Below are positions 37,185 to 40,159 of a stretch of 40,159 nucleotides of DNA, in pieces; the stretch's first letter is position 1, and each line of letters opens with the position of its first letter. Location of the stretch: assembly GCA_947599755.1 (NCBI GenBank), contig CANQFO010000001.1:1-40159 (forward strand), in the 5' to 3' direction. The position numbers and the translations under genes are program-made. Origin of the DNA: an uncultured Bacilli bacterium (lineage in GTDB: Bacteria > Bacillota_I > Bacilli_A > RF39 > UBA660). The notes beneath the pieces are model-generated. The model was not told the DNA's origin and searched no databases. It saw nothing but the letters and a program-made list of their open reading frames with translations.

Positions 37185-38231
37185 GTGAATGTAATTGTTG
37201 CAAATGAAAAGCAAAATCTATTATCTAATTTAGATATTGATATTATTAAAAGTATTTCTGGTTCATATGATACAAATGAAATAATAGAAATGTTTAAAAA
37301 CTTTTTTTATAGTAGAATGATTTTAGATGTAACTGCATTAAAAGATTATAGTAATGTAGAAACTTATAAAAAATTAAAAAATGGATTAGATGTAGAAAAA
37401 ATTATTTTCTTTTTACCAGAAGGAAGTAAAATATGTACATCTAATTTTTTAGCACAATTAATTTCCATAGGAATATATAATTTTACCACTAATATTGAGG
37501 GAATTAAATATTTATTAAAAAAGCCAAATACATACAAAGATGTAGAACATATTGAAAAATTAGGAATGGCATCTTCAGAAAATACAGTAGGAAATTTTTC
37601 AACAAATCAACCTAATCAATCTAATCAACCTAACCAATCATCCAATCAATCAATAGGAAGAAAAAATCGAATAATAGGATTTAGAAACGTAACTGAACAT
37701 GCTGGTGCAACAACACTAATTTATATGTTAAAGAAAGAATTAGCAAAAGAATTAGGAGAAAAAGTAGTAGGAATAGAAGTAAATTCCAGAGATTTTCAAG
37801 TTTTTAATGATAAAAATTTAATTTCAACTACTCAAGCAGAATTAAAAAATACAATAGCAAATCAAAAAAATGCTCAAATTATTTTGGTTGATCTAAACAA
37901 TGATACAGATGATGCAGTATGCCAAGAAATCATTTATTTAATTGAACCAAGTATTATTAAATTAAATAAATTAATTCGAAAAAACAAAATGATATTTTCC
38001 AAAATAAAAGGAAAAAGAGTGATGTTAAATAAAAGTTTATTATCAAATAAAGATGTCAATGATTTTGAATATGAAGCAGGATTCAAAGTATTTTACAATA
38101 TGCCACCCTTAGATGATAGAAAACAAAATGCAATAATCAATGATTTCTTATCAAGAATTGGTTTATTAAATCAACCAATAGGCGAAAAAAAAGATAATTC
38201 TAATAAAATATTTGGATTGTTTAGGCGCTAA
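37185..38231 (+). CDS. tadZ: TadZ/CpaE-like protein (receiver-like N-domain plus ParA/MinD-like domain with degenerate P-loop)
   Basis: GTG start with AAGGTGA SD. An N-terminal ~130 aa flavodoxin-like segment and an N/Q/S/P linker precede IIGFRNVTEHAGATTLIYMLKKELAK. That segment occupies the place of the deviant Walker A (GGxGxTT) but lacks the signature Lys residues. Confidence 0.5.
   Translation: MNVIVANEKQNLLSNLDIDIIKSISGSYDTNEIIEMFKNFFYSRMILDVTALKDYSNVETYKKLKNGLDVEKIIFFLPEGSKICTSNFLAQLISIGIYNFTTNIEGIKYLLKKPNTYKDVEHIEKLGMASSENTVGNFSTNQPNQSNQPNQSSNQSIGRKNRIIGFRNVTEHAGATTLIYMLKKELAKELGEKVVGIEVNSRDFQVFNDKNLISTTQAELKNTIANQKNAQIILVDLNNDTDDAVCQEIIYLIEPSIIKLNKLIRKNKMIFSKIKGKRVMLNKSLLSNKDVNDFEYEAGFKVFYNMPPLDDRKQNAIINDFLSRIGLLNQPIGEKKDNSNKIFGLFRR
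37605..37652 (+). repeat. Imperfect 9-nt tandem repeat (AATCAACCT-like) encoding an NQPNQSNQPNQSSNQS linker inside the tadZ-like gene
   Basis: Direct reading gives aatcaacct aatcaatct aatcaacct aaccaatca tccaatcaatca. Confidence 0.6.
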
Positions 38232-38288
38232 TAATTGACAAAAAAAAAGATATAAGGTATGATAGAGATATCGAAGGAGAGGTTATTT

Positions 38289-38633
38289 ATGTCAAATTTA
38301 TTTCAAATTGGAGCAGATTTAGATAGTTGTGGAGGACTATTACCAATTGTAAGAGTATTAAAAAAAGGAGTAATGCCAGTTGTTCAAATTGTTATTCCAA
38401 TCCTTTTAATTGTTTTCGCAACAGTTGATTTAGGAAAAGCAGTTATTTCTAGTGAAGAAAAAGAAGTAAAAGCAGCCCAAGGAAGATTAATTAAAAGATT
38501 TATTTATGCAGCAGCAATTTTCTTTGTAGTATCTCTTGTAACAGTAGTAATGAATTTAGTATCAAAAGGTGGAGAAGGAGATACAGAAAGCTGGAAAAAC
38601 TGTTGGGCCTCTGCATATATAGTAGAAAAATAA
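38289..38633 (+). CDS. Free-standing two-TM small membrane protein (third copy of the module fused to the two hydrolases); VirB2/T4SS-pilin-like topology
   Basis: ATG 38289 follows an AAGGAGAGG SD, so the ORF-track 38259 extension is rejected. The sequence is colinear with the N-termini of the 14096 and 15183 proteins: LFQI..., Cys-Gly, amphipathic helix, TM1 VQIVIPILLIVF, SSEEKE loop, TM2 and a C-terminal CW. Confidence 0.6.
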   Translation: MSNLFQIGADLDSCGGLLPIVRVLKKGVMPVVQIVIPILLIVFATVDLGKAVISSEEKEVKAAQGRLIKRFIYAAAIFFVVSLVTVVMNLVSKGGEGDTESWKNCWASAYIVEK

Positions 38634-38643
38634 AAAAGGTAAA

Positions 38644-38675
38644 AATAGTAAAGGAACAATTGCTATTTTTTTTTT
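38644..38675 (+). terminator. Rho-independent terminator after the small two-TM gene
   Basis: AATAGTAA / TTGCTATT 8-bp stem (one G-U pair) with a 7-8 nt loop, followed by roughly 9-10 consecutive T residues. Confidence 0.5.
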
Positions 38676-38814
38676 ATTTTGCTATAATAAATATGATAGA
38701 ATAGAAAAAGTATCGAAAATAAAACAGAAAAAACTAGTAAAAAGAAAAATATATGATATAATATAGAACAAAAACGTGCAAACAATAGGTGATAAGGTTA
38801 AGAGGTGATATTTG

Positions 38815-40159
38815 ATGAATGACAATTCTTCTGCAGGAATTAAAAACGATTTAATTAGAACCTTATGCTCTTGGGTATTAGATAGACCTGCTTTTGCACT
38901 ATTAGGAATAATTTTTAAAATTTTCTTCAATGTAGCAACAGTAGAAATCTTTTCAAACAGTACAATCAAAAACTTTTATAATCGAGTTCAATTAATTATT
39001 GGAGTTTTTATGTTATTTTTCCTTGCCTTAAAGTTTTTACAAGGAATCATGAATCCTGATAAATTTGTGGATAAACAAAGTGGATTTGGTTCAGTGATTA
39101 CAAGAATTATCATTGCCCTAGTAATGCTTGTTGCATTAGTACCAATTAATATTCCAAATGCTCAAACAGAATATGAAATAGAACTAAATAATAATGGATT
39201 ATTATTTGGAACTCTTTATTCCTTGCAAAATCGTCTCTTATCGAATAATACTTTAGGAAGATTAATCTTAGGAACCAATGATAGTGGAGTAACAGATTCC
39301 GTATCACAAGGAGAAAAATTGCAACAATCAACCAATATATTTACAAGTACAATTTTAAAAGCATTTGTAAGGATTAATTTAAAAGAAAAAATTATAAGAG
39401 AAGCAGATGGAAAAGATCCAGAAATGTTTAATGAAAACAGAATGTGTGAAGATATTGATGATGAAATATTAGACGTATATACTAAAGTAGATGCAAGTCC
39501 AAGTGAAATTTTAGATATCATTAATATTAGTTGTACCCAAGCAAACTCAGGAGGATTAATTGCCTGGGCAAAAGACAAATGGACAAGACTTTGGGGAGAT
39601 GATCGATATGTATTTGCTTATATACCAATACTACCAATGATAACTGCCTTAGCATTTTCCTTTATTATTCTAGGATTTATTATTGATATTGTAGTTCGTT
39701 CAGTAAAATTAGCAGTATTAAGATTAATTGCTCCAATTCCCATTATTTCATATGTCGATCCAAAATCTTCAAAAGACGGAGCTTTTGCTTCATGGGTAAA
39801 AGCACTAACCTCTACCTACGCAGACTTATTTATTCGGTTAGCCCTAATTTACTTTGTTTTATTCTTAATGATGGATATGATAACAAATGGAATTATCATT
39901 AATAATGGAAGTGGTATAGTAGGAGCACTATCTTGGGTTTTCATTTTCTTAGGCTTATTCTTCTTCCTAAGAATGGCACCTAAATTCATCAAAGACATAT
40001 TAGGATTAAAAGGAAATATGACAAATATTGGACTTTCTGCTATGTTAGGTGGAACAGCTGCATTAATCGGTGGTGCAGGAGTAAAAGGAGCATTAGCCGC
40101 TAGTATGAATGCAGCAGATACACAAACTATGGCCTATAATCAAGGAAAACAAGCACCAG
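38815..40159 (+). CDS. Polytopic membrane protein, VirB6/TrbL-like; 5' partial view, runs off the window end (absent from the ORF track)
   Basis: ATG 38815 lies 7 nt after an AAGAGGTGA SD. By hand translation, 448 codons are open to the window end. Multiple TM helices surround a ~200-aa extracytoplasmic loop. The central segment VRSVKLAVLRLIAPIPIISYVDPK...WVKALTSTYADLFIRLALIYF and the Gly/Ala-rich tail resemble TrbL/VirB6-type conjugal channel proteins. Confidence 0.55.
   Translation, partial: MNDNSSAGIKNDLIRTLCSWVLDRPAFALLGIIFKIFFNVATVEIFSNSTIKNFYNRVQLIIGVFMLFFLALKFLQGIMNPDKFVDKQSGFGSVITRIIIALVMLVALVPINIPNAQTEYEIELNNNGLLFGTLYSLQNRLLSNNTLGRLILGTNDSGVTDSVSQGEKLQQSTNIFTSTILKAFVRINLKEKIIREADGKDPEMFNENRMCEDIDDEILDVYTKVDASPSEILDIINISCTQANSGGLIAWAKDKWTRLWGDDRYVFAYIPILPMITALAFSFIILGFIIDIVVRSVKLAVLRLIAPIPIISYVDPKSSKDGAFASWVKALTSTYADLFIRLALIYFVLFLMMDMITNGIIINNGSGIVGALSWVFIFLGLFFFLRMAPKFIKDILGLKGNMTNIGLSAMLGGTAALIGGAGVKGALAASMNAADTQTMAYNQGKQAP

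Noticed and set aside
24814-40159. Calling the 24.8-40.2 kb region an integrative conjugative element
   Set aside because: No relaxase, VirB4/VirD4-type ATPase, integrase or att repeats are visible in the window. The only secretion ATPase is accompanied by T2SS-F platform proteins and a CpaB-like protein, so it is Tad-type. The VirB6/VirB2-like calls rest on topology and motif memory alone.
1-40159. Alternative genetic code (TGA=Trp, Mollicutes-like), considered given the extreme AT richness
   Set aside because: Trp is consistently encoded by TGG within conserved motifs. TGA terminates several well-defined genes (for example ireB at 10930 and ruvX at 11370), and all conserved proteins are full length under code 11.
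1-40159. Search for CRISPR arrays, rRNA/tRNA genes, riboswitch-like leaders and IS elements
   Set aside because: There are no regularly spaced direct repeats, no GC-rich structured RNA-like segments in the few intergenic regions (4593-4952, 24310-24813, 36367-36492, 38634-38814), and no transposase-like ORFs.

Overview
This is a very AT-rich, low-GC monoderm (Bacillota-type) chromosomal window using the standard code (TGG for Trp, mostly TAA stops). All calls rest on motif reading and remembered family signatures; no searches or computations were run. I see four blocks. (1) 1-9.4 kb is an accessory/defence-like patchwork. It holds a truncated AEP-primase fragment abutting a Fic remnant, an APH-family kinase plus an MccF-like S66 LD-carboxypeptidase, a divergent class B sortase/substrate pair, a complete Type III R-M (mod/res), and tspO. 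(2) 9.4-13.3 kb and 20.5-24.3 kb form a housekeeping block syntenic with B. subtilis yrzL-greA: rhomboid, ireB, ruvX, DUF1292, mltG, yrrM-like methyltransferase, two U32 proteins, an HD dGTPase-like protein and greA. (3) About 7 kb of cell-envelope genes (13.3-20.4 kb) is wedged into that operon. It carries two paralogous anchored proteins, an amidase and an NlpC/P60 hydrolase that share a peculiar two-TM N-terminal module, a 642-aa Cys-rich type IV prepilin, and a TQxA/SpaA adhesin. (4) 24.8-38.6 kb is a divergent Tad/Flp-type pilus locus (cpaB, tadA, tadB, tadC, tadE-like, tadZ-like). It includes a 57-aa pilin-like ORF missing from the ORF track, an embedded sortase, a 940-aa 37-Cys secreted protein, and no prepilin peptidase. 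A third free-standing copy of the two-TM module follows, then an open-ended VirB6/TrbL-like gene (also missing from the track). No rRNA, tRNA, CRISPR, transposase or integrase was seen.
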